A model generated the notes under the pieces. That model saw nothing but the letters and a program-made list of their open reading frames with translations. It did not search any database and was not told the origin of the DNA. 62,327 nt of DNA from Deltaproteobacteria bacterium (GTDB lineage Bacteria > Desulfobacterota > Desulfobulbia > Desulfobulbales > SURF-16): assembly GCA_024277655.1 (NCBI GenBank), contig JAJRUT010000117.1, forward strand, positions 1-62,327, written 5' to 3'. Shown one piece after another: positions 1 to 11,452 of this stretch; within the stretch, counting starts at the first letter, position 1; each line of letters opens with the position of its first letter. The position numbers and the translations under genes were made by a program.

Positions 1-302
1 AATTGAAACTTTTTTTCCAGCCCCTCGCTTGCAGACATTCGTTTTTGATATGTCCCCTGCGAGAGAGACGACAACATAGTGAAATCACTCACCCTTGGCA
101 ACACTTTTCTTTAACTTATTCTAACATTCTTGCTAACTATCCTCAGCTACGCACTTCTTATTTCCAGAGAGATGCCTTGACCTACCCTGCCTTACACATA
201 AGCAACCTATTTAGTTTACAAGCCCTCCAAATTCACCTATTCTAATTATCGCAGTGAACACTATATAATGATACAGCCCTCACCCCAGCCTGAAGTGAAA
301 TT

Positions 303-1307
303 ATGATCGAAGCCGTCCTTTACACCCGCAACACATCATCGCCGAAGCTTAAGTGTCAGCTCTGCCCCCACTTCTGCCAAATCGCTAACAACCGCACAGG
401 CATCTGCCATACCCGCAAAAATATAAACGGCACCCTTTACGCCTTGAATTACGGAAAACTCGTGACCGCCCGCCCAGACCCCATTGAAAAAAAGCCCCTA
501 TACCATTTCTACCCAGGTCACGCCTCCTACTCCATTTCATCCGTGGGCTGCAACCTTGCCTGTGCAAACTGCCAGAATCACACTATTAGCCAACAGGACA
601 TCAGCCACATTGACATCGCCGACACCACACCTCAGGAGGTCATCGACGCAGCTCTTGAATCAGGCTGTGATTCCATTTCTTACACCTACACCGAACCAAC
701 AACAATGGTGGAATTTATCCTGGCCACAGCAAAGCTCACCCCAAAGCATCACCTAAAAAACGTCATGGTCAGCAATGGTTATATGAGCGACCAGGGCATC
801 GACCTTCTCTTGCCCCACGTGCAAGCCATCAATATCGATCTTAAATCCTTTTCTAATTCTTTTTACCGAAAATTTTGCCACGCAACACTTCCACCAATAC
901 TCAACACCATCAAACGATTTTATACCGCCGGGGTACATATTGAAATCACAACACTTATCATCCCTGAACTAAATGACTCCCCTGAGGAACTTCACCAGAT
1001 CGGCACATTTATCCACGACCTGAACCCCGAGATACCCTGGCACATATCCCGCTTCCATCCGGCCTACAAACTAAACACCATCCCCATAACACCAAGCGAC
1101 TCGCTGACAACCGCCAGGAATATCGGTCGAGACATCGGTCTCCACCACATTTACATCGGTAACGCACCCGAGATCCCAAGCCACACCCATTGCCATAACT
1201 GCCAGACCACCCTCTTTGCACGATCGACATTTACAGCTACCAGGCAATCTTTTGCCAATGGCTGTTGCCAAAAATGCCAAACAAAGCTTTTTGGTCAATT
1301 TCATTAA
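303..1307 (+). CDS. AmmeMemoRadiSam-type / PflA-like radical SAM enzyme
   Basis: 334-aa ORF. N-terminal Cys cluster (CQLCPHFCQ...GICH) and radical SAM CX3CX2C motif (GCNLACANCQ). C-terminal Cys pairs (CHNC ... CQKC). Confidence 0.72.
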   Translation: MIEAVLYTRNTSSPKLKCQLCPHFCQIANNRTGICHTRKNINGTLYALNYGKLVTARPDPIEKKPLYHFYPGHASYSISSVGCNLACANCQNHTISQQDISHIDIADTTPQEVIDAALESGCDSISYTYTEPTTMVEFILATAKLTPKHHLKNVMVSNGYMSDQGIDLLLPHVQAINIDLKSFSNSFYRKFCHATLPPILNTIKRFYTAGVHIEITTLIIPELNDSPEELHQIGTFIHDLNPEIPWHISRFHPAYKLNTIPITPSDSLTTARNIGRDIGLHHIYIGNAPEIPSHTHCHNCQTTLFARSTFTATRQSFANGCCQKCQTKLFGQFH

Positions 1308-1535
1308 AATCCCCCCCTCTCAACCCAGAGATTCAAACGCTATTGCACAAATTTAACCGCACCATGTTTCACTTACGCAACACACCGTAATACGGTTATA
1401 ACTTTAGGCAAACAATCTACACCTACAGGCAAATGTCCCTTGCAGTCTTTGCGTTTAAAATGTATAGAGACATACCTGTAATAGGTATGCAAACAAATAC
1501 GATTCCACCACTATAACACGATAAGGTTACAACAA

Positions 1536-2645
1536 ATGAAAGCGCTAATTGCTCTGGAAGATGGGACATTTTTTGAAGGAACATCCTTCACAGGTAAAGG
1601 GGAAACAAGTGGTGAGATTGTTTTCAACACTAGCATGAGCGGCTACCAGGAGGTCTTGACCGACCCTTCATATACAGGTCAGATTGTCACCATGACCTAC
1701 CCCATCATCGGCAGTTACGGGATTAATGACGATGATAATGAATCGGCTAAAATCCACCCTCCCGCTATGATTATGCGAGAGTACAATGCCATCCCCAGTA
1801 ACTTTCGCTCAACTCAAACCCTGGCAGATTTCCTAAAAAATGAAAACATCCTTGGTATTGAAGGGGTAGACACCCGCGCACTGACCAAGCATATTCGCGA
1901 GGCAGGGGCCATGATGTGCGTTATATCCACCGAAGACCTTGACTCCGAATCTCTTGTTAGCAAAGCAAAGAACTGCGAGAGTCTCGTTGGTCGCGACCTC
2001 GTCAAGGATATAACCTGCAGTGAACCTTACGGTTGGACCCCAAACGGCCCTGTTCCCGGATCAAATTTTTCTTCGGCAACACATGGAAAATACAAGGTCG
2101 CCTGTATTGATCTTGGCTTAAAATACAACCAGCTCCGTCTTCTCACCGACCGTAACTGCTCGGTCCAGGTACTACCAGCCTCTACCCCTGCGGCTGACAT
2201 TCTTGCCATGAATCCAGATGGGGTGTTTTTATCCAACGGCCCTGGTGACCCGGCTGCCGTTGAGGGCGTTGTCGAAACCGTGCAGGAGATACTCAAACAT
2301 AAACCGGTGTTTGGCATCTGTCTCGGCCACCAGATGCTCGGTCTTGCCTATGGCGGAACATCCTATAAATTGAAATTTGGTCACCGTGGTTCAAATCAAC
2401 CGGTTAAAGATCTTTCCACCGGCAAAATTGAGATTACCGCCCAGAATCACGGGTTCTGTGTCGACCTTGACAGCTTGAACAAGGATGAGGTGGAACTCAC
2501 CCATGTTAACCTCAACGACGGAAGTCTTGAGGGAATGGCCCATAAAAAATACTCGGCCTTTAGCGTCCAGCACCATCCGGAAAATGCGCCAGGCCCCCAT
2601 GATTCAATCTATCTCTTTGACCGCTTTATTGAAGCCATGCGCTAA
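1536..2645 (+). CDS. carA: carbamoyl-phosphate synthase small (glutaminase) subunit
   Basis: 369-aa ORF with a CPSase small-chain N-domain and a class-I amidotransferase region (GICLGHQ ... HHPE). Sits directly upstream of carB. Confidence 0.95.
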   Translation: MKALIALEDGTFFEGTSFTGKGETSGEIVFNTSMSGYQEVLTDPSYTGQIVTMTYPIIGSYGINDDDNESAKIHPPAMIMREYNAIPSNFRSTQTLADFLKNENILGIEGVDTRALTKHIREAGAMMCVISTEDLDSESLVSKAKNCESLVGRDLVKDITCSEPYGWTPNGPVPGSNFSSATHGKYKVACIDLGLKYNQLRLLTDRNCSVQVLPASTPAADILAMNPDGVFLSNGPGDPAAVEGVVETVQEILKHKPVFGICLGHQMLGLAYGGTSYKLKFGHRGSNQPVKDLSTGKIEITAQNHGFCVDLDSLNKDEVELTHVNLNDGSLEGMAHKKYSAFSVQHHPENAPGPHDSIYLFDRFIEAMR

Positions 2646-2743
2646 CCCCTTGTGTTTTTTTAGTCAATTATAACGAATAACAAGTTTTCTTTGGCCCAAG
2701 TAAGGCCCACAGAAAAACTAAACTCCAATAGATTATAAAGAAA

Positions 2744-5700
2744 ATGCCAAAACGTACTGACATACATAAAATCCTGATCATCGGCTCCGGCCCCATCATT
2801 ATTTCCCAGGCCTGCGAATTTGATTATTCCGGCACCCAAGCCGTCAAGGCTTTGAAAGAGGAGGGGTATGAGGTAATCCTCATAAACTCCAACCCAGCCA
2901 CCATCATGACCGACCCCGAGATCGCTGACCGCACCTATATTGAGCCGATCACCCCGGAGTTTGTGGCCAAGATCATTGAAAAAGAGCGTCCAGACGCCTT
3001 GCTGCCGACTTTAGGCGGACAGACAGGACTCAACACCGCGATCCAACTATCAGAGCAGGGTATTCTTGAAAAATACGGGGTGGAAATGCTGGCGGCTGAC
3101 GTTGACGTCATCAAGAAGGCCGAGGGGCGTGAGTCTTTCCGCGATGCCATGTACAAGATTGGCCTGAAAGTACCTGAATCTGCCATTGTTCATACCACTG
3201 AAGAGGCAAAATCTGCCGGTGAGCGCATTGGCTTCCCCATCATTATTCGCCCCTCTTTTACCCTGGGCGGAACCGGTGGTGGCGTGGCCTATAATCGCCA
3301 GGAACTGGTTGAGATGTGTACCTCCGGCCTTGATCTCTCTCTGAACACCGAGGTTATGCTGGAGCGCAGCCTGCTCGGTTGGAAGGAATACGAACTTGAA
3401 GTGATGCGGGACACCGCCGACAACGTGGTTATTATCTGTACCATTGAAAACATGGATGCCATGGGGGTTCACACCGGTGACTCTATCACCGTTGCTCCGG
3501 CGCAGACCCTGACCGACCGTGAATTTCAAAATATGCGCGATGCTGCCATTGCCATTATGCGTGAAATGGGGGTTGAGACCGGTGGTTCCAACGTCCAGTT
3601 CGCAGTAAACCCTGAAGATGGCGAACTTATGATCATTGAAATGAACCCCCGGGTTTCCCGGAGTTCAGCCTTGGCATCAAAAGCAACCGGCTTTCCCATC
3701 GCCAAGATCGCGGCAAAGCTTGCGGTTGGCTTCACCCTGGATGAGATCAAAAATGATATCACCCAGGAAACCTATGCCGCCTTTGAGCCCACCATCGACT
3801 ACTGCGTTATAAAAATACCCCGATTCACCTTCGAAAAATTCCCGGAAACCGAGGATGTGCTGTCAACAGCGATGAAGTCTGTTGGTGAGACCATGGCCAT
3901 CGGTAGAACCTTCAAAGAGGCGTGGCAAAAAGGTCTGCGTTCCCTTGAGGTTGGGGTGTCCGGCTTTGGCGGCCATAAAAAATACGAACTTGAGAACCGC
4001 GACAAGGCTGATCTTGAAAACAACCTGAAAAGACCTAATTCAAAGCGTTACCTATATCTGCATGAAGGTTTAAAACGGGGATATAGTGTTGAGAAGATGT
4101 TTAAACTCACCATGATTGACCCCTGGTACCTCAACAATCTCAAGCAAATTGTCGACGTGGAAGAAGATATTATTGCCGGTGGCCTGCCAAAACTGACAGG
4201 CGATTTTCTTAGAAAATGTAAACAATATGGCTTTTCTGACAACCAGCTTAGCTACTTCACCGGAACCTCAGAAGAAGATATTTGGGAGTTACGGGAAAAG
4301 GAAAACCAGAAACCGGTTTACAAACTTGTTGACACCTGCGCTGCTGAATTTGCAGCGCTTACTCCTTACTACTACTCCAGCTATGAGGTGGAAAACGAGG
4401 CTCGCCAAACAACGGGACGCAAGGTTATGATTCTTGGTGGTGGGCCAAACCGGATCGGCCAGGGGATTGAGTTTGATTATTGCTGTGTCCACGCCTCCTT
4501 TGCCCTGCGCGAAATGGGAATTGAATCCATCATGGTCAATTCAAACCCAGAAACCGTTTCCACCGATTACGACACCTCCGACAAACTCTATTTTGAGCCA
4601 CTAACCCGTGAGGATGTCCTCAACATCATCGAGACTGAAAAGCCGGATGGAGTTATCGTGCAATTTGGCGGACAAACACCGTTAAATCTCGCCGTTCCCC
4701 TTGCCAAGATGGGTGTACCTATCTTGGGAACGTCTCCTGATGCCATTGATCGGGCTGAGGACCGGGAACGTTTCCAACAGTTTTTGCAAAAACTGGATCT
4801 CCGGCAGCCTGCCAACGCCACGGCTCGTACCCCTGAAGACGCCATCAAAATTGCTGATGAAATCGGCTATCCCGTTGTCGTTCGCCCATCCTACGTTCTT
4901 GGTGGCCGGGCCATGCGTATCGTCTATTCAGAAAAAGAATTACAAAAATATATGATCGAAGCGGTGCAGGCCTCTGCTGACCATCCGATCCTCATTGACA
5001 AGTTCTTAAAAGACGCCATTGAGATTGATGTTGATGCCATTTCCGATGGTGAAATCACCGTCATCGGTGGCATCATGCAACATATTGAAGAGGCTGGTAT
5101 TCATTCCGGCGACTCCGCCTGTGTCCTGCCACCCCACGGCCTAAAGCCTGAGATGATTGAAGAAATCAAAGAGGCCACCCGGGCCATGGCCGCAGAACTC
5201 GGTGTTATTGGTCTGATGAATGTCCAATATGCCATCAAAGACGATGATCTCTATATTATTGAGGTGAACCCCAGGGCGTCACGCACCGTACCCTTTATCT
5301 CAAAGGCAACCGGTGTTGAACTTGCCAAACTTGCTACCAGGGTTATGACGGGCCAAAACTCAGCGAAATCGGCTTCACCAAAGAGGTTGAGATCAGCCAC
5401 TGGGCTGTGAAGGAAGCGGTCTTTCCTTTTGATCGTTTTGCCAATGTCGACACCCTCCTTGGCCCAGAAATGAAATCAACGGGGGAGGTAATGGGAATTG
5501 ATGATTCATTAGGCCTCGCCTTTGCCAAATCGCAATATGCGGCAGGGCAACCCGTTCCCCTTGAAGGCACGGTGTTGATCTCGGTGCATGGCAACCACAA
5601 AGAGGCGTTGCTTCCTGTGGCGAAAGAACTGGTGGAACTCGGTTTTAATATCATGGCCACCAAGGGCACCGCCGCTGTATTAAAGGCCAACGATGTCCCC

Positions 5701-5961
5701 TGTGAAAAGGTATACAAAATTTCCGAGGGTCGGCCCCATATTATGGATAAGATTCAGGATAAGGGCATTCAGTGGATTATCAATACCTCCATGGGTACCA
5801 GAACCAAGGAGGACTCATTTACCATCCGCCGTTCTGCCCTGGATTTTCACCTGCCCTACACCACAACTATAGCCGGTGCCATTTCCATGAGTAAGGCAAT
5901 CGCCACGTTGAAAAAACAGGATGCCCAGGTAAAATCAATCCAGGAGTATTTTATAAAATAA
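2744..5961 (+). pseudogene. carB: carbamoyl-phosphate synthase large subunit, interrupted by a 1-nt frameshift (real or assembly error)
   Basis: ORFs 2744-5410 (888 aa) and 5407-5961 (184 aa) are consecutive parts of one CarB: two ATP-grasp halves plus an MGS-like C-terminus. The expected continuation [25 protein letters not shown] is readable in the second frame from about 5357. Total length is 3218 nt, one short of a multiple of 3. Confidence 0.9.
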
Positions 5962-6181
5962 TTTTGGAATATATGAACTTGCGAGGTAAGCATATGGGTA
6001 GCAGACGCCCCCCCCTTTATCATTAGGGTACCGTCTTGCTACTCATTTCTAAAATTCACAACTTCTCTTTATTCCTAATAATTATTTGCAATCCTAGTCA
6101 ATGATGATTAGTTTTCAGCTCTGTGTCATTCAGACCAACACGATTTTCCCCTATTATTTCAGAGTGCATAAGGAGTAGCAG

Positions 6182-8143
6182 TTGAATAATTTCTATAAAA
6201 ACCTATCCATGTGGCTTATCATTTTGGTCGCCATGGCTCTTTTATTTCAGACATTTAACCATCAGCAACAACAGGTCAAGAAACTCAGTTATTCCGATTT
6301 TATTGCTGATGTTGAGTCCGGCAAGATCTCCTCCGTCACCTCCCAAGGCGACAAGGTAACAGGGCAAACCAGTGGCGTTGAGTTTGAAGCCATTATCCCG
6401 CCCATGGACTTTGACCTCTGGGGAATACTCCGTGAATCCGGAGCCGAAATCACCGTAAAACCGATTGAGAAGGATCCGTGGTATGTGATGATTCTGCCAA
6501 ACCTCATCCCCATTCTCTTTCTCGTTGGCATCTGGATATATTTTATGAAACAGATGCAGATGGGTGGCGGTAAGGCCATGAGTTTTGGCAAGTCCAAACA
6601 CCGCTTGCAGGATGGTGAAGAGACTAAGGTCACCTTTAAGGATGTCGCCGGTATTGAAGAGGCCAAGGAAGAGCTTTCTGAAATCATTGAGTTTCTCAAA
6701 GAGCCCAAAAGGTTTACCAAACTCGGCGGTCGCATCCCCAAAGGTGTTCTTTTGGCTGGCGCACCTGGTACAGGCAAGACGCTACTGGCCAAGGCCATTG
6801 CCGGTGAGGCGCAGGTACCCTTTTTCTCTATTTCCGGTTCTGATTTTGTCGAGATGTTTGTCGGAGTCGGCGCGTCCCGTGTTCGAGATCTGTTTACCCA
6901 AGGCAAGAAGAATGCACCCTGTATTATCTTCATTGATGAAATAGATGCTGTAGGACGTCACCGAGGCGCCGGCCTTGGTGGTGGCCATGATGAACGTGAA
7001 CAGACCCTAAACCAACTCCTTGTCGAAATGGATGGTTTCGAAGACAATGACGGTGTAATTCTTATTGCTGCCACCAACCGCCCTGATGTCCTTGACCCGG
7101 CGCTGTTGCGCCCCGGTCGTTTTGACCGTCAGGTTGTTGTTCCCATCCCCGATGTTCGTGGTCGGGAACTAATTCTTGAAGTTCACGGCAAAAAGCTACC
7201 AACTGCCCCGGACGTAGACTGGGCAATTATCGCCCGGGGCACCCCGGGATTCTCCGGTGCCGACCTTGAAAACCTTGCCAACGAAGCCGCCCTCATGGCT
7301 GCCCGTGATTCCATGGATACGGTTGATATGGCCTCGCTGGAAAAGGCCAAGGACAAGGTCATGATGGGGGCCGAACGCCGGTCGATGATTATCACCGAGA
7401 AGGAAAAGGAGGTTACGGCCTACCACGAGGCGGGCCACGCCCTGGTCGCTAAACTTCTACCCGGAACTGACCCAGTTCATAAGGTTACTATAATTCCTCG
7501 TGGCCGCGCCCTTGGTGTGACCATGCAGTTGCCGACTGAGGAAAAGTACTCCCATTCAAAATCATTTTTGATTAATAATATCAGAATATTACTCGGCGGA
7601 CGGGTGGCAGAGAAGATAATCTTTGACGAAACCACTACCGGCTCCGGCAATGATATTGAACGTGCCACGGAACTTGCCCGCAAGATGGTCTGTGAATGGG
7701 GTATGAGTGATAAGCTTGGGCCATTATCATACGGTAAAAAAGAGGAACAGATCTTCCTTGGCCGGGAAATATCCCAACATAAGGACTACAGTGAATCCAC
7801 GGCGATTCTCATTGATAAAGCCGTCAAGAGGATGATCACAGCGGCCAATGATAAGGTCATGAATCTACTCACAGACCACCAGGCGGCCTTAAAGGAAATG
7901 GCCCTGGCCCTGCTTGACAAAGAGACCCTTGACGCCTTTGACATCAATGCCATTCTTGAAAACAATGGCATTGAAGATCAAAGCCCCTTACCAGAAACAA
8001 GGCCAGCCGTCCATAAGCCCAGGCCATCTCCACCAAAGGAGCCGAAGGCAGACACAGTGGCAACGGATTCTCCAGCAGTAGCTACAGACAACAACACGGA
8101 GAAACAGCAAGAGACACCCAGCGAAAAGCCCAGTGACGCCTAA
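6182..8143 (+). CDS. ftsH: ATP-dependent zinc metalloprotease FtsH
   Basis: 653-aa ORF with N-terminal TM segments, AAA+ Walker A (GAPGTGKT) and zinc motif HEAGHA. TTG start lies 6 nt after AAGGAG. Low-complexity Pro/Lys/Thr-rich C-terminal tail. Confidence 0.95.
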   Translation: MNNFYKNLSMWLIILVAMALLFQTFNHQQQQVKKLSYSDFIADVESGKISSVTSQGDKVTGQTSGVEFEAIIPPMDFDLWGILRESGAEITVKPIEKDPWYVMILPNLIPILFLVGIWIYFMKQMQMGGGKAMSFGKSKHRLQDGEETKVTFKDVAGIEEAKEELSEIIEFLKEPKRFTKLGGRIPKGVLLAGAPGTGKTLLAKAIAGEAQVPFFSISGSDFVEMFVGVGASRVRDLFTQGKKNAPCIIFIDEIDAVGRHRGAGLGGGHDEREQTLNQLLVEMDGFEDNDGVILIAATNRPDVLDPALLRPGRFDRQVVVPIPDVRGRELILEVHGKKLPTAPDVDWAIIARGTPGFSGADLENLANEAALMAARDSMDTVDMASLEKAKDKVMMGAERRSMIITEKEKEVTAYHEAGHALVAKLLPGTDPVHKVTIIPRGRALGVTMQLPTEEKYSHSKSFLINNIRILLGGRVAEKIIFDETTTGSGNDIERATELARKMVCEWGMSDKLGPLSYGKKEEQIFLGREISQHKDYSESTAILIDKAVKRMITAANDKVMNLLTDHQAALKEMALALLDKETLDAFDINAILENNGIEDQSPLPETRPAVHKPRPSPPKEPKADTVATDSPAVATDNNTEKQQETPSEKPSDA

Positions 8144-8969
8144 AACACCCAGCCATGATATGGACCTCAACTCCGGGGTTCATATCATGGGGATTCTCAA
8201 CCTCACACCGGACTCCTTCTCGGACGGAGGCCACCTCAGCCAAGCAACCTTAAGTAAGAATGTCGCGGCAATGGTTATGGCCGGTGTCGATATTCTTGAT
8301 ATTGGCGGGGAATCCAGCAGGCCAGGGGCCAAGCTTGTTAGCCTTACAGAGGAATTACAGCGGGTTATTCCAGCAATCAAAACAATCCGCAACTCTTGCG
8401 ATACCCCCATCTCCATTGACACCACAAAAGCCGAAGTAGCACGCCAGGCATTAGATGCCGGGGCTAACATTATCAACGACATAAGCGGTCTGCGTTTTGA
8501 CCCGGATATGCTCCCCCTGGCGGTTTCCCGCAAAATTCCAGTTATCATTATGCATATGCAGGGGAGACCCGGTGATATGCAGCAAAACCCCAAATATACC
8601 AATGTAATTCAGGATATTAAGCTGGAGTTGCAAACTTGGATCAAATCCGCCCTGGCCCAAGGGCTTGAGCCATCACAGATCATCCTTGACCCCGGCATCG
8701 GCTTTGGCAAAACCCTGGATCACAATCTCTCCATCCTCCGTCATCTCTCGGAATTTAAGGAGTTAGGCTACCCCATTCTCCTTGGTCATTCTAGAAAACG
8801 CTTTATCGGCACTATCCTTTCGGAAGAAGATCCCCTCAACAGGGATCTCGGCACCGCTGTTATCTCGGCCCTGGCCGTATCCCACGGCGTCTCCATCCTC
8901 CGCGTCCACGACGTCCATTCCACAGTGCAGGCAGTAAAACTTGCGCGGGCCATATCTAAAGCTGTATAA
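8133..8969 (+). CDS. folP: dihydropteroate synthase
   Basis: Pterin-binding domain signature (GILNLTPDSFSDGG, DIGGESSRPG). The true start may be an internal Met at 8160 or 8187, which would remove the overlap with ftsH. Confidence 0.9.
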   Translation: MTPKTPSHDMDLNSGVHIMGILNLTPDSFSDGGHLSQATLSKNVAAMVMAGVDILDIGGESSRPGAKLVSLTEELQRVIPAIKTIRNSCDTPISIDTTKAEVARQALDAGANIINDISGLRFDPDMLPLAVSRKIPVIIMHMQGRPGDMQQNPKYTNVIQDIKLELQTWIKSALAQGLEPSQIILDPGIGFGKTLDHNLSILRHLSEFKELGYPILLGHSRKRFIGTILSEEDPLNRDLGTAVISALAVSHGVSILRVHDVHSTVQAVKLARAISKAV

Positions 8970-9068
8970 TTTCGTACAGGGCATTTAGTCGCTTGGGCTT
9001 TAGGTTATCAGGTTGCCTTTTGGATAAACCGCCGAGTACGATCAGCAAATCAGAACCCCCTATCAATT

Positions 9069-11012
9069 TTGAAACAGAAAATTCTTAATTATCAGGCGTA
9101 CAACAAGAGTCGCAAGGTCAAAGCCATCAACTTTAACCCCACTACGGCTACGCTTTTTTTTAAGATCATCCCCTACCTACTCCACTGCAACTACCCAGAC
9201 CTGCCCGGATATATTGAAAATGGCAACTGCAAATTTGGCATCTACCGATTTGCCGCCGATGAAATCGTCAGTGGCGAACTGTTTAGAAGATACTTCCCGG
9301 ACTCCACCGCGCGTTCCATCAAAACACCGAGCCCCTACGCCTTAAACCCCTATATTCATTCATTAAAGACCATTGGCTCCATAGGCACCATTGCCCAAGC
9401 GGCAAAATCAGACTGCGACTACTGGGTCTCTGTACGCCATGAAGACCTTGGCTCCGAGGGGTTGGCACTACTGGAAGAAAAATGTCGACTTATCGAAGAA
9501 TGGGCTCTCAAACAAGGTATTGAGATATACTTCTTCTTGATGGATATACAACAGACGCGGGAAAATAAATTTGAATCCAGTGCTGAAGAAGAATCGGCAG
9601 GATCAGCCCTTAAATTGTTTTTAAAAGATGAGCTGTTTAGAACCCATATCCTTGTCGCCGGGAAAATGCTACTTTGGTGGCTTATCCCGCCTCGACTTAC
9701 CGACAAGCAGTATCGTAACTATGTTATTAAACTGCGCAAATACGGGCTTAGCAATGAGAACTATATTGACCTTGGCTACCTCTCCGACATCCCCAAAGCT
9801 GAAATTTTTGGAGCCTGCCTCTGGCAGCTGAATAAGGCCCTGGACTCGCCCTTCAAGTCCGTCATCAAGTTTGCCTACCTTGAACTCCTGCTCCGCAATA
9901 AAGAAGACACCCTGCCTCTTTTTTCGTCAAAGATCCTGTGCCGGGTGACCTTTCCAGAACTTCTGCCCAAGAAGGAAAAGGTTCTTGATGTCACAGATCT
10001 TGACCCCTACCTTCTGCTGGCCCGTGATATTGTTGCCTTTTATCAGAATCAAACATCAGGCAACAAAGAAGACCACCTTATCCGTGAGTGCCTCTTTCTG
10101 AAAACCCTGGAGGGCATGAGGCACCAGGGCAACAAAAGACATCAGGAACGGATTATGGCACTCATGCAGACCTGGAACCTCCTGCCTGAGAACCTTGGTC
10201 ACTTCATGAGAATAAAACAGTGGAATTATAATGAGTTACTTGACTCTGGAACCGAGGTGCATAATTATCTTCTTTCTACCTATAAGAGGTTACGCTGGTT
10301 TTTCACCACCTTTGCCAAAGACACAGGGCTGACCATCACCCAGCGAGACATCTCTATTCTTGGCCGCAAACTCTTTACATTCTACCAATCAAAGCCAGAC
10401 AAGATAGAATATATCCGCTCTCTTTCCAGGGATCTCATGTTGCAGCGCGATATCACCTTTCACATTACCCGCTATGAGGGCATTAACTATTTCTACGCCT
10501 TTCAGGGGGAGATATCACCCCATAACATCAAGGCCAATCCCAGTCTGCAAATTCGGCGTGACACCGACCTTGTCACCCTTATGGCCTGGCTCACGGTGAA
10601 TGGTATCATTAACAAATCGACTCAATTACACCTCACTAAAAACTTTATGCATGTCAATCTGACCGAAATCCAGGCCGTGACAGAAAAATTGTTTGAAAAA
10701 TTCCCATTGATCAAATTTGCCAATATTCCGGCTGACGAACTGCTGGAGAAAGAAACCATCGTCCAATGTCTATGTATTGTTAATTTCCATAAGCTTCCCG
10801 TCCATGGCGAAAAAGAGCTCCACTCATCAATAATATCCCTCAATAATTATGGGGAACATTTCATTCACCACTACACCACCGTGGTACAACTTAAAAATCA
10901 GTTCAGACAGTTGCTCACCAAACATTTTGTCTCAAAATGGAATGGTAATCTGGAGGTGTACATCCCCAACCAACCCGAACAATTTTACATTGAAGAGATG
11001 TTGAACAAGTAA
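9069..11012 (+). CDS. cyaA: class-I (enterobacterial CyaA-type) adenylate cyclase homolog, short form
   Basis: 647-aa ORF. Blocks align by eye with E. coli CyaA: IIPYLLHCNYPDLPGY vs LLPTLLHYHHPLMPGY, SDCDYWV vs SDLDIWV, FGACLWQLNKALDSPFKSVIK vs [21 protein letters not shown]. Only a TTG start is available, since there is no in-frame ATG or GTG for about 150 codons. Confidence 0.7.
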   Translation: MKQKILNYQAYNKSRKVKAINFNPTTATLFFKIIPYLLHCNYPDLPGYIENGNCKFGIYRFAADEIVSGELFRRYFPDSTARSIKTPSPYALNPYIHSLKTIGSIGTIAQAAKSDCDYWVSVRHEDLGSEGLALLEEKCRLIEEWALKQGIEIYFFLMDIQQTRENKFESSAEEESAGSALKLFLKDELFRTHILVAGKMLLWWLIPPRLTDKQYRNYVIKLRKYGLSNENYIDLGYLSDIPKAEIFGACLWQLNKALDSPFKSVIKFAYLELLLRNKEDTLPLFSSKILCRVTFPELLPKKEKVLDVTDLDPYLLLARDIVAFYQNQTSGNKEDHLIRECLFLKTLEGMRHQGNKRHQERIMALMQTWNLLPENLGHFMRIKQWNYNELLDSGTEVHNYLLSTYKRLRWFFTTFAKDTGLTITQRDISILGRKLFTFYQSKPDKIEYIRSLSRDLMLQRDITFHITRYEGINYFYAFQGEISPHNIKANPSLQIRRDTDLVTLMAWLTVNGIINKSTQLHLTKNFMHVNLTEIQAVTEKLFEKFPLIKFANIPADELLEKETIVQCLCIVNFHKLPVHGEKELHSSIISLNNYGEHFIHHYTTVVQLKNQFRQLLTKHFVSKWNGNLEVYIPNQPEQFYIEEMLNK

Positions 11013-11063
11013 AACAGCAAGGGATGATTACACCAAAACAACGTAGTATCAAGGAGAAACAAG

Positions 11064-11309
11064 ATGACAACGATTACATTTTACCACTCAACCCTGTGAC
11101 CTAGGTGTCACATGGCCAGTCGGGCACTGGCACGGACTCTTGAAGATTTTCCCCATATTGCGGTACATAGGGTAGAACTACTGACCAACCCTGCCCGCTC
11201 CTTGAAGGCCGGAATCCGCTCCATTCCCTCCCTGGTCTGTGACGATCAATCACTAAAAGGTCTGTTTTTAAACGAGAAAAAGATTCGCATTTTTTTCGAA
11301 TCTTTATAA
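11064..11309 (+). CDS. small thioredoxin-fold redox protein with in-frame UGA (predicted selenocysteine, UxxC motif)
   Basis: AAGGAG at 11051-11056, ATG at 11064, in-frame TGA at 11097-11099. The frame then continues into the annotated 65-aa ORF. Read-through gives MTTITFYHSTL-U-PRCHMASRAL..., with U-P-R-C where a Trx-fold CxxC sits and a later cis-Pro-like IPSL. A hairpin follows the TGA. Confidence 0.6.
11104..11140 (+). promoter_or_regulatory. candidate bacterial SECIS hairpin
   Basis: Upper stem GCCAG(11115-11119)/CUGGC(11127-11131) with a G-rich apical loop UCGGGCA. Lower stem GUC(11107-11109)/GAC(11135-11137). Loop Gs lie about 25 nt after the UGA. Confidence 0.4.
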
Positions 11310-11452
11310 GTGGTATCAGGTTAGACTTTCGAAGTCTTCGCTACCTGCAAGAATTCAAGATTTACCAAGTCCAAGCAGACTTGTGTAAACCTTGAACCCG
11401 TTCTCCGATGAGCCGCAAGTTTCTAACTGACCCCGCTGAGTCTTGATAAAAT

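Noticed and set aside
3-245. 80-aa plus-strand ORF at the window edge
   Set aside because: No motif and no RBS. The region looks like a promoter or intergenic leader for the radical SAM gene.
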